Shown here one piece after another: positions 50,001 to 60,987 of a stretch of DNA of 64,000 bases. Both the position numbers and the translations under genes were made by a program. The first letter of the stretch is position 1, and each line of letters starts with the position of its first letter. This DNA is from Phoronis australis (taxonomy: Eukaryota > Animalia > Phoronida): positions 244,606 to 308,605 of the forward strand of contig NMRA01000192.1 of the NCBI GenBank assembly GCA_002633005.1, in the 5' to 3' direction. Below the pieces are notes generated by a model. The model was not told where the DNA came from. It worked only from the letters and a program-made list of their open reading frames with translations, and made no database searches.

Positions 50001-53000
50001 ATACGGCTTTTATACACAGAAATTGACTCTTAGTCGTCCAGACAAAACATTTAAATGTCAAAACAGGTGCCCGGATTGTGGTGTCTTTCAGCTTTGCTAC
50101 ATAACTTAGAATATACGGACACGATTTTTTCATAGATTTAACTTCAAGAACGTATTTCTTTTTGCATAGACCATAGGATATTTTCCCAACATTTCCTAGA
50201 ATGGTTTTGTCGGTTGCAGGTTAAGATAGAAGACGAAAGGGGTGGCTGCATAGCAGCACGGGAGCTGAAAAATCTTCAAAGGTTGCCGGAGCATGAAAAT
50301 CTCGTAGCCTTTTTGGATTTTCACTTTGCTCGCAACGCCATCTGGATGGTGATGGAGTACTGTGACATGGGCGACTTGGCGGAGTACTATCAAAAGTACA
50401 AGCCGATACACATTGCAACCAACGTCTCGTTCATGTGTCAGATTGCCTCAGCCATTGCACACATGCATTCTCTGCCCGAACCTATAGTTCACAGAGATCT
50501 CAAACCAGCTAACATCTTGGTGAAGTATTGTGGGGACAAGCCGGTTGTCAAGGTAAGTAGGCTTAAATTCGTCTTTTTAGGCTCAGTAATACCAGTTCGG
50601 AATACTGTGTTAATGTTCCGGTGTAATTGTTTTGTTTCATTTAGTAAATTAACGCCAGGTTATACTATATAGGATTTTCACTTGGCAGCGGATTTGTCTT
50701 TGGTAGCTTAGAAATTTCGTATTCCATACTTGAATTTTACCTTTTTAATAAAACGATCAAATGTGCGTCATCTGCTTCTGTAGACACATAAACGTGTAAA
50801 ATGATAGATTACAAGCTTTTGTGTTACATGTAAATATGCTTTACAGTAATATTAGTTTTTCACGTACATGTAGAACAAAGTTTAATTGAGAGATTTTTTC
50901 AGTGTGCCCAGTGGAAACCAGTTGTTACAACGGTTTAGGAAATGCAGGAATAAATATTGCACCTATCGCGGGTTGAACTTTTGAAGCAGTCGACCATGGT
51001 AGAAATGAGCTCAAATTAGCAAAGCTCCAGCACTTCTGATAGCTTAGGGTTTCGAGAAACCCCGGTCAAGAATGTATCCCTTGTTGGCAATCCCGGGCCC
51101 GCTGACACTGGTGTGGCAATGAGCCAAATCGATTTGTGCATGTACTGCGGCACATTTACATGCTGGTAATGATTCGGTGTCGTAGCTCCCAGGAAGGCCC
51201 GTACGTCATTTAACATCAGGAACCCATGTCGGATCTTCGCGTGGAGTGCTTGAAACTTGATCGGCCATGGATGTCGCTTACAACTAGGAGCCCCTGCATA
51301 ATGCTAACTGGGGCACGTATTTTTGTGGGCATAATCAGTTCAGACGCACGCATACACACACGCATACACACATGCATATTGGGGTCCTCAGGGTACTAGT
51401 GGCTTAATTCTCAGCATCGTTAACCTCATGGATCCGCCACTTGCGTGTAAACGTTCACTGCAAGATTGTAAAAACTTTCAGGTAACAGACTTTGGTATGG
51501 CGAAGATTAGTCCAAAAGCGGCAGATTTAACAAAGACGTACATGATGACGACTAGGTGCGGGACCCCTGCCTTCATGGCTCCTGAGCAATGCTTACAGCA
51601 AAGAGAAGGTTATTCGGCCAGCGTCGACGTATTTGCGATGGGACTCATTCTGTTAGGCATGCTGACATACGAAAAAAATAAAGATTTGGCGCCTGTCTTA
51701 GGTAAAATTGTGATAAATGAAACAGTATAAGGTTGGTGGAAATGGTGGGAGGGTGTTTTTTGGTGCGAGCATTAGCAAAATTTCAATAGGAGATTCGAGG
51801 AGAATTGAGGGTGAGGTTACGTGCGAGTAGAGCGACGATATCAGAAATATGTCCTGAACAAGTACATATGTACATGCGTTAACTTAAGGCTGGCTCTGAT
51901 ACAGAACATCCAAATGCAAAGCGCGTTTGTTTGTGTCCTTGACTGGGATAAAGGTTATTGGTAGAAGACAACTTGTTTCGACATTAACTTACATTGCGTT
52001 GTTCTCACTTCATGGTAAAACTGCCGCCTAGTCTGAGTCTTAAGTATAACAAAAGTGAGAGGATTTCATTTTTTTTTTCACAACATGCAAAATGTTAGGC
52101 TTCTTGAGATCATCAAACCAGTTTCAAGAGTTCAGTCAACATTTGAGCCGCCAGGTTCACTTGTAGAATTTAAAGGCTGAATCCGTATGATCATTCTCTT
52201 TTTGGAAAGGACATGGTATGATGGTGCCTGTTGGTATGATATTGCAAATGGACCCAACACAGTCTTCAAACATTGTACCGGGTGTTAACCAGTCAGACGA
52301 TACCGCTACCAAATCTTTAAAAGACCTCTTTAAAAGAATGATTGTTGCAAACCCAAAAGACAGAATGAAAGCAGCTGACGTGTCAAGAAAGCTAACGGAA
52401 ATATTTGGTAAGTTATGAAACCTGCATGAAAAGTCTCTTTCAATATACTACAGTGTATGTTCGTCTTCATCCGTGTTTCGTGTTTCTTGAACGTTATTTC
52501 CCTCTTTAAAACGTTGAATATTCCATGGTTTCCCCTCGGCCTCCCGTGCTCAATCACTTCTCTTCCTCGCACCTTTTCTCCTTCCACACCTCCTTCACAC
52601 AACTCTTCTACCCGCCTCAGTCCTGCTTCCCTGCTAGCACATCATCACCTCCCCCNNNNNNNNNNNNNNNNNNNNNNNNNNNNNNNNNNNNNNNNNNNNN
52701 NNNNNNNNNNNNNNNNNNNNNNNNNNNNNNNNNNNNNNNNNNNNNNNNNNNNNNNNNNNNNNNNNNNNNNNNNNNNNNNNNNNNNNNNNNNNNNNNNNNN
52801 NTATGTGCCCGGTTGCATGGAACAGTCCCAAATAGGGACTCAACCAAGTTCCCTAAATCTTGTTCGTATTTGTTTCGTTCTTTAGACACAGATGTAACAT
52901 TTTTCTATCACTTCAACTTTAGTATGAGTTCCTCTTTGACTAACGACGTTTTCGAATAATGTAACTAAAAACTGATCCCTTAATTCAATCAAAATAATTA

Positions 53001-56000
53001 GGGTTTTAATCCTTAAAATAGGGGCGTTGCATGAACACCTCCCTACTTATTTTCAATAGTATTGAGAATTCAACAGCTTGAGTTCACTCTCGATATTTAT
53101 AAAAGCCAAACATTGACTTGGTAACGAGACTCAAACGGCAAAAGACAGGACAATCGGTGTTTTTACAGGCCCACAAATACGCAGTGGATTTAGGGAACTT
53201 AGTTGAGTCCATATTACCCTCCCCCCTCCCCATCCCCCTACAAGCCGCCCATGCCTTTTATTGAATTGTCGCGAAATAATTTGGTACATACATGTATGTT
53301 GGAATGATAGAAAGATACTAATAGCGCAAATAGAGCGTGTGACCTTTCCATGTCTTAAAGTCCCATACTGTCAACCTGTGTTAGTGCGTATTTTTCGTGA
53401 CAATCAAAACTTTTAATTTCCATGAAGTCTGCGTCTGCGGTAGACAGTGATCACCGCTTCCAGCTGGCGCGGTACAGGAGACCGTGGAGCTCCTGCAGTG
53501 TATATGAGCGTCATACGCCGGAAGCTTTTCGGAGAGTTCTGCATTACACGTTGTTATAAATACATGTACATGTACCTTATGCGCATAGAGGGCAACCAAG
53601 GAGAACGTCGATGTATTTAGTACCTTCCAACACGAAGAGGTACTCCTGTTATCAAACTTTTTCTTCGAGCACTCCCTCGTTCAGTTTCCAAAATCAGTAA
53701 CTCACCATTTTTAAGACTGTTCGCGACAGGTGGAATGACATAATATCCTCTGGCATGTGCAATGTAAAAATGGCGAGTTCGATTTTGGGTACTGAACGAG
53801 GGACTGTTCGAAGAAAAAGTTTGATAACGGGAATACTTCTTCGAGTTGGAAGGAATTAAATACAGCGACAGATAGTGAGTGTGAAGCATAATTCGCCGAA
53901 AAGCTTCCGGCGTATGAAGCTCCTATAGGAGCTCCACCGTCTCTACTGGGCCAGCTAGAGAGAGTGATCACTGTCTACGGTAACTGGCCTAGTAGGTGCA
54001 GGCAACAAGCTACAGTAGCCTGTGATGCATTTATGTGTGTATAAATACCATCAGCGGTTAGAGCTCTGCAAGGTTAGCAGAAGGGCCTGCGAGGGTTCGA
54101 GTCCTGGTCGGGGGCAGAAATATTTTCGGACTTATATTCATTGGGTCACGTGATGTGATCAAAAAGATGGCGGATTGAACGGGATAAATTACTTGCAACA
54201 TTTATGTGTGTATATGCATGTATATGAAATTATGTATATGCACAAACACTCAAGCTCACGCACACGCAATCACACAGACGCAGGCACAGGCACACGCACA
54301 CACACACGCACACACTGACAAGTGTATATGTTGGCGTGCCAGATTCTAAGAACATGTCAAAACAACTACGTTCTTTGTTTACAGTTCAAAAAAGGAGATC
54401 GCGTCAAGATTGACGATTGCGGTGGAGACATTAGTAAGGCGGAACGCCTTCAACATAACTATGGCGGATGGGTACCCCTTATGGCGACCGTGAGTACATG
54501 AGCATGTGCGTTGGGGAGTTGTAAATACCTTGAGCGCAGAAATGCACCCCAACTATGAACACACAAGTATACTTTGGCTACAGTCCTTTTTTGAGATATG
54601 CGCGATCAATGTTTGCAACTCAACATTAATGATGCACGGTGGCCGGTTTGCGGCTCCGTAAATGAATGGTTTACAGTACGCGCTGGCTATTAAGCCTTCC
54701 TGTCATTGTAGTAAGGACCTATGTCCGTTGACAATACTAAAACCGTACGTGCGTGTCTTAATGATGATTTACATTTGGTCATATATTGTATCTTTTTTAC
54801 AGTGTCTTGGGAAATCTGGAGTTGTACTGGGTCGAACTTTGAACGCTGTTACTGTCAAGTTTGCTGACCGAACTAGGTAAGATGGACTGATAATACTGAG
54901 CAAAACTTCATCGAAATCCGTTAAACGTTTTAACCATTTTCTGCGATGAGAGCTTTTCCATTGGCGGATTTAAAGGGGTCAAGGAGACCATACCCCGTCC
55001 CCTAAAATTCTCCCAGATTCCATTTGGCAGTTCCGGAGTGCGAATGTCTGACGGCCAAAATCCTGATCAGTACTCTGCCTGGGCAATCCTCACTCAAAAT
55101 CCTTGATCCACCCCTGTTTTCTACAAATGTTTGGCGATTTTTTACCATATGACGAACACAACTTGCCGTGTCCTATCATTCCTAAATGCCATAATTACGT
55201 CATGACAAATTGGCAGTTCATTGTGTCTCACCACGTTCATTTGTCTTAAAGGATATAGTCGGTGAAACTGTAACAAACTCCCTTCCCTTTTGCTTTTCAG
55301 GTGGGCTTTTAATCCAGTGCTTGTAAAAAAAGTGGACGAAGATGGGAGCAGTCCTCGTGTACTTGACACGCACGACTATGGACAGGACGGGAAGAGTGAC
55401 TTTAAGCGTTACGACATCGTTAGTATTGCGGGCGACAAGCAGCGCGCTGAGGCACAGCAAAAGGGGCACGGAGGATGGAATGACAAAATGACTCAGGTAC
55501 TTTTCTTTTTGTGAAGTGCAAACAATCTCCACAGAGATCTTTCGTTGCCTACATCCCTAATCCTGTGCATGTGCAATGAAGGATGGAACAAAATGACTGA
55601 GGTTGTGCCTACATGTATATTTTCGTCCACACATATGCTTGGCCCTGTGCCAGACGGTTCGCATACACAGTTGGCTTTTGAGTTCACCCAAGTACTCTAA
55701 AGGCACATCGTGTACGCAATTTGCGTATAACCATCGATTTTCAAATATTCCGTGGCTACAATAGCCGTGTGTGGAATACATGTAGACGCCTAAGGGATAT
55801 CATGTTAATTTTAGTTTCCATTAACATTAACAATTTGCCTTTAATGAAAGGCAAATTACTTGGATACTAAACCCTATTTTCATGTAGGTGGTCTCAACCA
55901 AGTCTCGTTCTGTCCCTTCCTAATGCGCTATTCAGTTGATGCCTCTCTTGAAGTGACCAAAACAAGATTTTATGCCATAGAGTGGATATCATGGCGAAGG

Positions 56001-59000
56001 GTGAATTGCTCTCACAGTTGTCGTGAAAGTCGCGCTTGTCACTTATCAGACTATTACATGCACAAGACAAGTGCGTGATCACGTTAACTTCCTTTGCGAG
56101 GTTCTTCCCTCTGGGTTGCCCAGCTCTGGCCTACATGAACCTGAGCACATAGACTTCCGCTTCAGCGAGATTGCTACGAAGCATACGGTGACTGATTGCG
56201 AGGAGCCTGTGGCTATTGATGCTGCCAAGGGAACGAAGCAGTTACTTCTCTTCGATGACAAATGCCAAATACAGTGATTTTCAAAATAAAGTAATTGCCA
56301 GGACTATACTTTGGCCCGTAAACATACATTTGTTTCAGTGAAATGGCATTTCTGCCGAAATTTTAATCAGCCAGATCTTAACATGACGCTTTACAGTGGC
56401 CCAAAGATGACATCGCACGATAACTAGTTCAAGATATCAGAATCTCGAGATAATTAAGTCGGTATAAATAAAAAGGAACGCACTATGTCATCTTTGTGCC
56501 ACTATACGTTCTGCTCCTAGCCATTAATTGTATAATTGAAAAGGACTGCAACTAAAAGGTAATTCGAAACGTTATCGAAAATATATGTACACTGGAATTC
56601 AAGCGTGTTCTAATGGTAAAGAAATGGCATTTAGTCGCAGTGTTATGCATTGAAACTTCGTCGAATTACAAAGCTGAACAATTCATTTTGAAAACCACCG
56701 AATGCCCCACATAACCCCCAAATGGTACATCATGTTTGGTGCCAGAAGTTCTCTCATACAACCCACTGCGGCTGCCTTCAAAGCAACTTGGCGACAAGAA
56801 ACGTTGTGTTGGCTTCACGTAACCGGTAGCTCTTACTTTTGGCAAATCTCTTTCGCAACGTGCACATTCTAGGCGTATGAATATTTTTGCGCTGTGTAAC
56901 TAAAATTTTACTGTCCCGCAGTGTCTTGGCCTCAAGGGCATTGTCAGGAGAGTAGACAAGGACGGGGATGTATTTGTAGAATGCACTAACAAAGACAAGT
57001 AAGTAACAGTTTTATTCGGATTTACTTTTGATACTTCACACTAGTTTTCGGTCATAATTAATCAGAGTTTGCAAGGCTCCGATTTGCCACAAAGGAGACC
57101 CTCATCATGTATATCGATGTTGGTAACGCTTGGTTTCTAGCGGCGTGCTCTGACAAAAATGCCTACGTGCTACTGACACAAGTGCAGAGAGACTGGTCTT
57201 TTTTCAGTTTATAANAGCCTGTGGCTATTGATGCTGCCAAGGGAACGAAGCAGTTACTTCTCTTCGATGACAAATGCCAAATACAGTGATTTTCAAAATA
57301 AAGTAATTGCCAGGACATACTTTGGCCCGTAAACATACATTTGTTTCAGTGAAATGGCATTTCTGCCGAAATTTTAATCAGCCAGATCTTAATATGACGC
57401 TTTACAGTGGCCCAAAGATGACATCGCGCGATAACTAGTTCGAGATATCAGAATCTCGAGATAATTAAGTCGAGATAAATAAAAAGGAACGTGCTATGTC
57501 ATCTTTGTGCCACTATACGTTCTGCTCCTAGCCATTAATTGTATAATTGAAAAGGACTGCAACTAAAAGGTAATTCGAAACGTAATCGAAAATACATGTA
57601 CACTGGAATTCAAGCGTGTTCTATTGGTAAAGAAATGGCATTTAGTCGCAGTGTTTTGCATTGAAACTTCGTCGAATTACAAAGCTGAACAATTCATTTT
57701 GAAAACCACCGAATACCCCACATAACCCCCAAATGGTACATCATGTTTGGTGCCAGAAGTTCTCCCATACAACCCACTGCAACTGCCTTCAAAGCAACTT
57801 GGCGACAAAAAACGTTGTGTTGGCTTCACGTAACCGGTAGCTCTTACTTTTGGCAAATCTCTTTCGCAACGTGCACATTCTAGGCGTATGAATATTTTTG
57901 CGCTGTGTAACTAAAATTTTACTATCCCCGCAGTGTCTTGGCCTCAAGGGCATTGTCAGGAGAGTGGACAAGGACGGAGATGTATTTGTAGAATGTACTA
58001 ATAAAGACAAGTAAGTAACAGTTTTATTGGGATTTACTTTTGATACTTCACACTAGTTTTCGGTCATAATTAATCAGAGTTTGCAAGGCTCCGATTTGCC
58101 ACAAAGTAGACCCTCATCATGTATATCGATGTTTGTAACGCTTGGTTTCTAGTGGCGTGCTCTGACAAAACTGCCTACGTGCTATTGACACAAGTGCAGG
58201 GAGACTGGTCCTTTTTCAGTTTTTATAACTGGTATCGACACACCGCCATGTTTGAGCTTGTAAAGGATTAGCCTACTGTTTCAACTGCTTAATTAACCGA
58301 CTAAACCACGAAAACATATATTTGCACTCGCAGATGGTACTTCAATCCATCCCTGTTGTCTCATGTGCGCCTTACCGGAGAGGAAACGTTGGAGCCGGGA
58401 GACATTGTTCTGGTTGAGAACGATGTTCACAGAGTCAAGGCGCTTCATCAGGTGCAAGGTGGTATGCCTCGTGAAATATATGATGTAAGTTTAACGCGTT
58501 CAGTGCATTTGCAAAGCCATTTCACGAGCGAGCTACCTTTATTTCGGCGACAGCGGCGCCTCTCTTCAAGAGCACTGCAATAAATGAGCGGAGACGCTCC
58601 TCAAGTTTGTGCCCTCGACTGACTCTAATTATTGAATTTCTTAGTCGTAAATTCCTTCCGCGTTCCAAAATTTGTTAAACTGTACTTGAAACGACCACAC
58701 ATTTTGACAGTGTACATGACTGTTAGCAAAAGTTTGGCAGAGTTTTCTAGGGTAGTCCGCATGTCCCCACTCCCTCCTAAGACTTCCTCAACCACACTCG
58801 GAGTTTGGTCGCGATGGCAAACATAAGTTTGGAAGAATTTGGTGGTGTAGACCATACTTTACACTCTTGTACTTACAAAGCAGCCCTATCGATCACCCTT
58901 CACATCACAAAAAAATCGAAAAATCCATGTAAAGGTACAACAAACATATTGTAAACGTAACTCGGGCATAGATGTTAGCCTTTATCTCAGACGTTCATTT

Positions 59001-59978
59001 GATTTCGCAGGTGATTGGCCATGCAGTTATGGTGAAGAAAGTCTTAAGCGATGGACGCGTGCTGGTGGAAGGAGGCGACAGTGACAATGTTGTAATGAAG
59101 AGAAAGGCACTCAAACTTGTTGCCAAAGCAGGTGGGCCAATATATGCTAACAAAGTGTTAGGGAAATAAACTGTCGCAACCAAGAGTTACGACAGTATGT
59201 ACTTGCAGTGGCACATAGAATCGCAATTTAAAGTGGAACTTGCACGCTAATTCCTTATCTCTATGATTGCCTGGTAAAATTTGTTAGAAACACAACACGA
59301 TGAGATTATGAAGTACGTTGAAAATAACCAAATGATTTTATGAACGAGTTTGTTGTTGAAAACGGTTCGCCTTAAATCACTCAACCGTGTCAAATGAGTA
59401 TCGTGATATAGTGTTGAGGAATAACACTGTATGATGCAGGCTATGTGAGCTCCTAAGGTACGTCATTTGTACAAATGACATGCATTTGCAGCTTTTTTGT
59501 TTTCACATTTACAAGTTGTCAATGAATACAACTGCACTTTGTTTAGGGTAGATGATGTTCAAGCAGCATTGTTGTTTTGTTCCTGCTACATGTTAGCATG
59601 CAGATATACGTGTATCTTTAAGGGTAATAACAGTTGATGTAACTCCGCAATTTTGAAAAAGAAAAAATAGTTTCTGCCTCCGAGGTGCGCACAAACTGCC
59701 GTAATTGTAAGATTGCGACAGCTTTAGCATTTGTGACAACTTGTGGTCTTGCAAATCAGTCAATTGAATCTTCCATTTTAGCTCCAGCAGCCGCACATGT
59801 CAGTGTAGATGAGACATTGAACAAAGGGTGTAACCGATAGACGCAGGATCATGGTAGTCCCGAACCATATTGTTGACCCGACAGACATGTCAGCTTGCAC
59901 TATTGATGCCAATGTCATACTTTCTCATTTTCAGAGGAAATGATGGAAGCCATTTTGAGAAAGAAATTTGCCATGTAA
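46956..59978 (+). CDS. Kinase gene 2: paralogous STK35/PDIK1L-like kinase + 3 Mib SH3-like (REP) repeats; linker exon not visible (probably in the N gap)
   Basis: Exons 46956-47096, 50220-50552, 51482-51701, 52210-52407, [missing], 54385-54489, 54803-54876, 55301-55496, 56922-56998 (or 57934-58010), 58334-58484, 59011-59131, 59935-59978. Intron positions and phases equal gene 1. Motifs GQGAFG, VAVK, HRDLKPAN, DFG, CGTPAFMAPE, VPVG, MIVANPKDR. AATAAA at 60875. Confidence 0.85.
50220..50552 (+). CDS. Kinase gene 2 exon (subdomains III-VIb)
   Basis: tgcag|VKIEDE...HRDLKPANILV...PVVK|gtaagt; 333 nt as in gene 1. Confidence 0.92.
51482..51701 (+). CDS. Kinase gene 2 exon (DFG-APE-IX)
   Basis: ttcag|VTDFGMAK...CGTPAFMAPEQ...SVDVFAMG...G|gtaaaa. 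Confidence 0.9.
52210..52407 (+). CDS. Kinase gene 2 exon (X-XI)
   Basis: gaaag|..HGMMVPVGMIL...RMIVANPKDR...EIF G|gtaagt. Confidence 0.85.
52656..52801. other. Assembly gap (N run) inside kinase gene 2
   Basis: Run of n; lies where the phase-1-to-phase-0 linker exon is expected. Confidence 0.95.
53441..53977. mobile_element. Palindromic non-autonomous DNA transposon, TAG..CTA ends, 3-bp TSD CGG (Academ-like)
   Basis: cgg|tagacagtgatcac...gtgatcactgtcta|cgg; arms pair over most of the length (53441-53548/53879-53977 and 53607-53712/53765-53869), loop about 50 bp. Confidence 0.8.
54385..54489 (+). CDS. Kinase gene 2 exon (REP1 N-half)
   Basis: tacag|FKKGDRVKIDDCGGDISKAERLQHNYGGWVPLMAT|gtgagt. 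Confidence 0.88.
54803..54876 (+). CDS. Kinase gene 2 exon (REP1 core)
   Basis: tacag|CLGKSGVVLGRTLNAVTVKFADRT AG|gtaaga. Confidence 0.87.
54959..55116. mobile_element. MITE family B, 5-bp TSD TTTTC
   Basis: ttttc|cattggcggatttaaagg...ccttgatccacccctg|ttttc. Confidence 0.7.
55301..55496 (+). CDS. Kinase gene 2 exon (REP1 end, REP2 start)
   Basis: ttcag|WAFNPVLVKKV...FKRYDIVSIAGDKQRAEAQQKGHGGWNDKMTQ|gtactt. Confidence 0.88.
56394..56504. mobile_element. Tc1/mariner-type MITE (TA flanks), duplicate at about 57405-57515
   Basis: ta|cagtggcccaaagatgacat...atgtcatctttgtgccacta|ta. Confidence 0.7.
56922..56998 (+). CDS. Kinase gene 2 REP2 core exon, copy a
   Basis: cgcag|CLGLKGIVRRVDKDGDVFVECTNKD AA|gtaagt. 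Confidence 0.8.
57934..58010 (+). CDS. Kinase gene 2 REP2 core exon, copy b (probable allelic duplicate)
   Basis: Same peptide as 56922-56998, four synonymous changes. Confidence 0.78.
58334..58484 (+). CDS. Kinase gene 2 exon (REP2 end, REP3 start)
   Basis: cgcag|WYFNPSLLSHV...LEPGDIVLVENDVHRVKALHQVQGGMPREIYD|gtaagt. Confidence 0.88.
59011..59131 (+). CDS. Kinase gene 2 exon (REP3 C-half)
   Basis: cgcag|VIGHAVMVKKVLSDGRVLVEGGDSDNVVMKRKALKLVAKA G|gtgggc. Confidence 0.87.
59935..59978 (+). CDS. Kinase gene 2 terminal exon
   Basis: tttcag|(E)EMMEAILRKKFAM*; 44 nt as in gene 1. Confidence 0.82.
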
Positions 59979-60987
59979 AACAGCCGACGAGGGCGATAGG
60001 ACTGCAGTAGAATTATACCCATGGCATTACGGTCTGGACAAATATCTTATCATCACCGAGACTCGGACATTAAGGAAACATCTTCAATGTTAACCCCTCT
60101 CCTGCCGTTTCGACTAGCTGCCGTCGCTATCAGCACCATGACATCACCAGGGCTGAGTTGCATAAAACTTTAAAAGTTATCAGCTGGATAAGTTTGATTG
60201 TTGCATGACGTCAGGTGCATTGTTCAACAATAACAACGTGACGCGTGATAACGCTGCGTCATTGTTGCTATACAGCGTATAACTTTTATGCAACTGGGCC
60301 CAGGACAAGTTCTCTGATGTCAGCATTATGTTTTGTCCGTGCCTCTTTTTATTTGTATGTGAGTGTGTATATTTGGGTGCAAGTGCATTTATTTGTGAAC
60401 CGGGTAATTCCGTAACAATCTCCCGTGGGCATTTTCGGTATAGTCTACTTTCCAGAGGATATTTTGCTCCATCAAAAGCCAACAATGTGCTCTTTCGGAA
60501 AAACGTGGTGGCGCCTTTTCGAAGACTTAACTACTGATCACCGCTTCTCCCTCTTCAAGGAGTGGGCTTAGCTAAAAAGCGGTGTGTGATGGCGTATGTG
60601 ACTGCGTTTGAGTGAGATCCTAAAATTCAACTGACGGTGGTATCGGAGGAGGTGACATGTTTCTTGATAGATTTTAACTTTGGTTGACGTCAGTGTATAT
60701 TTCCAACTTGCTTCAAAGCCTCGTTCAAAAGCTATGTGCCTTTTGCTGTTTTTCGGCATTCTCGCTTATTACTGCAAATGTGAAGTCTAGTATTTCACTG
60801 TGAATATTTTCATTGTAAATATGTTTAAATTGAAGTACATTTAAGTGTGTTTTTTAATGTACAGGTAACGAAATAATAAACGAGGCCATTGTAATACAGC
60901 GTAGTGTTGTTTTTTGGTGTTTTAGCGATCCCCTTGAAGTCTATATGTTCAGGTTTTGTGAAAACTCAAAAAATCTACTTGTTTTAA

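Larger units (their letters stand above)
56204..58228. repeat. Near-identical segment pair 56204-57214 / 57216-58228 (probable haplotype overlap)
   Basis: Copies abut at n57215. Confidence 0.88.

Noticed and set aside
52330-52959. ORFs spanning or adjacent to the N gap
   Set aside because: Inflated by Ns and by a pyrimidine-rich, probably low-quality stretch before the gap.
53985-54115. tRNA gene (TGGCCTAGTAGG ... GGTTCGAGTCC)
   Set aside because: Box-like motifs are too far apart and no cloverleaf forms; at most a SINE remnant.
56922-58010. Mutually exclusive alternative exons in gene 2
   Set aside because: Identical peptides, near-identical flanking introns and a junction at n57215 point to an assembly artefact.
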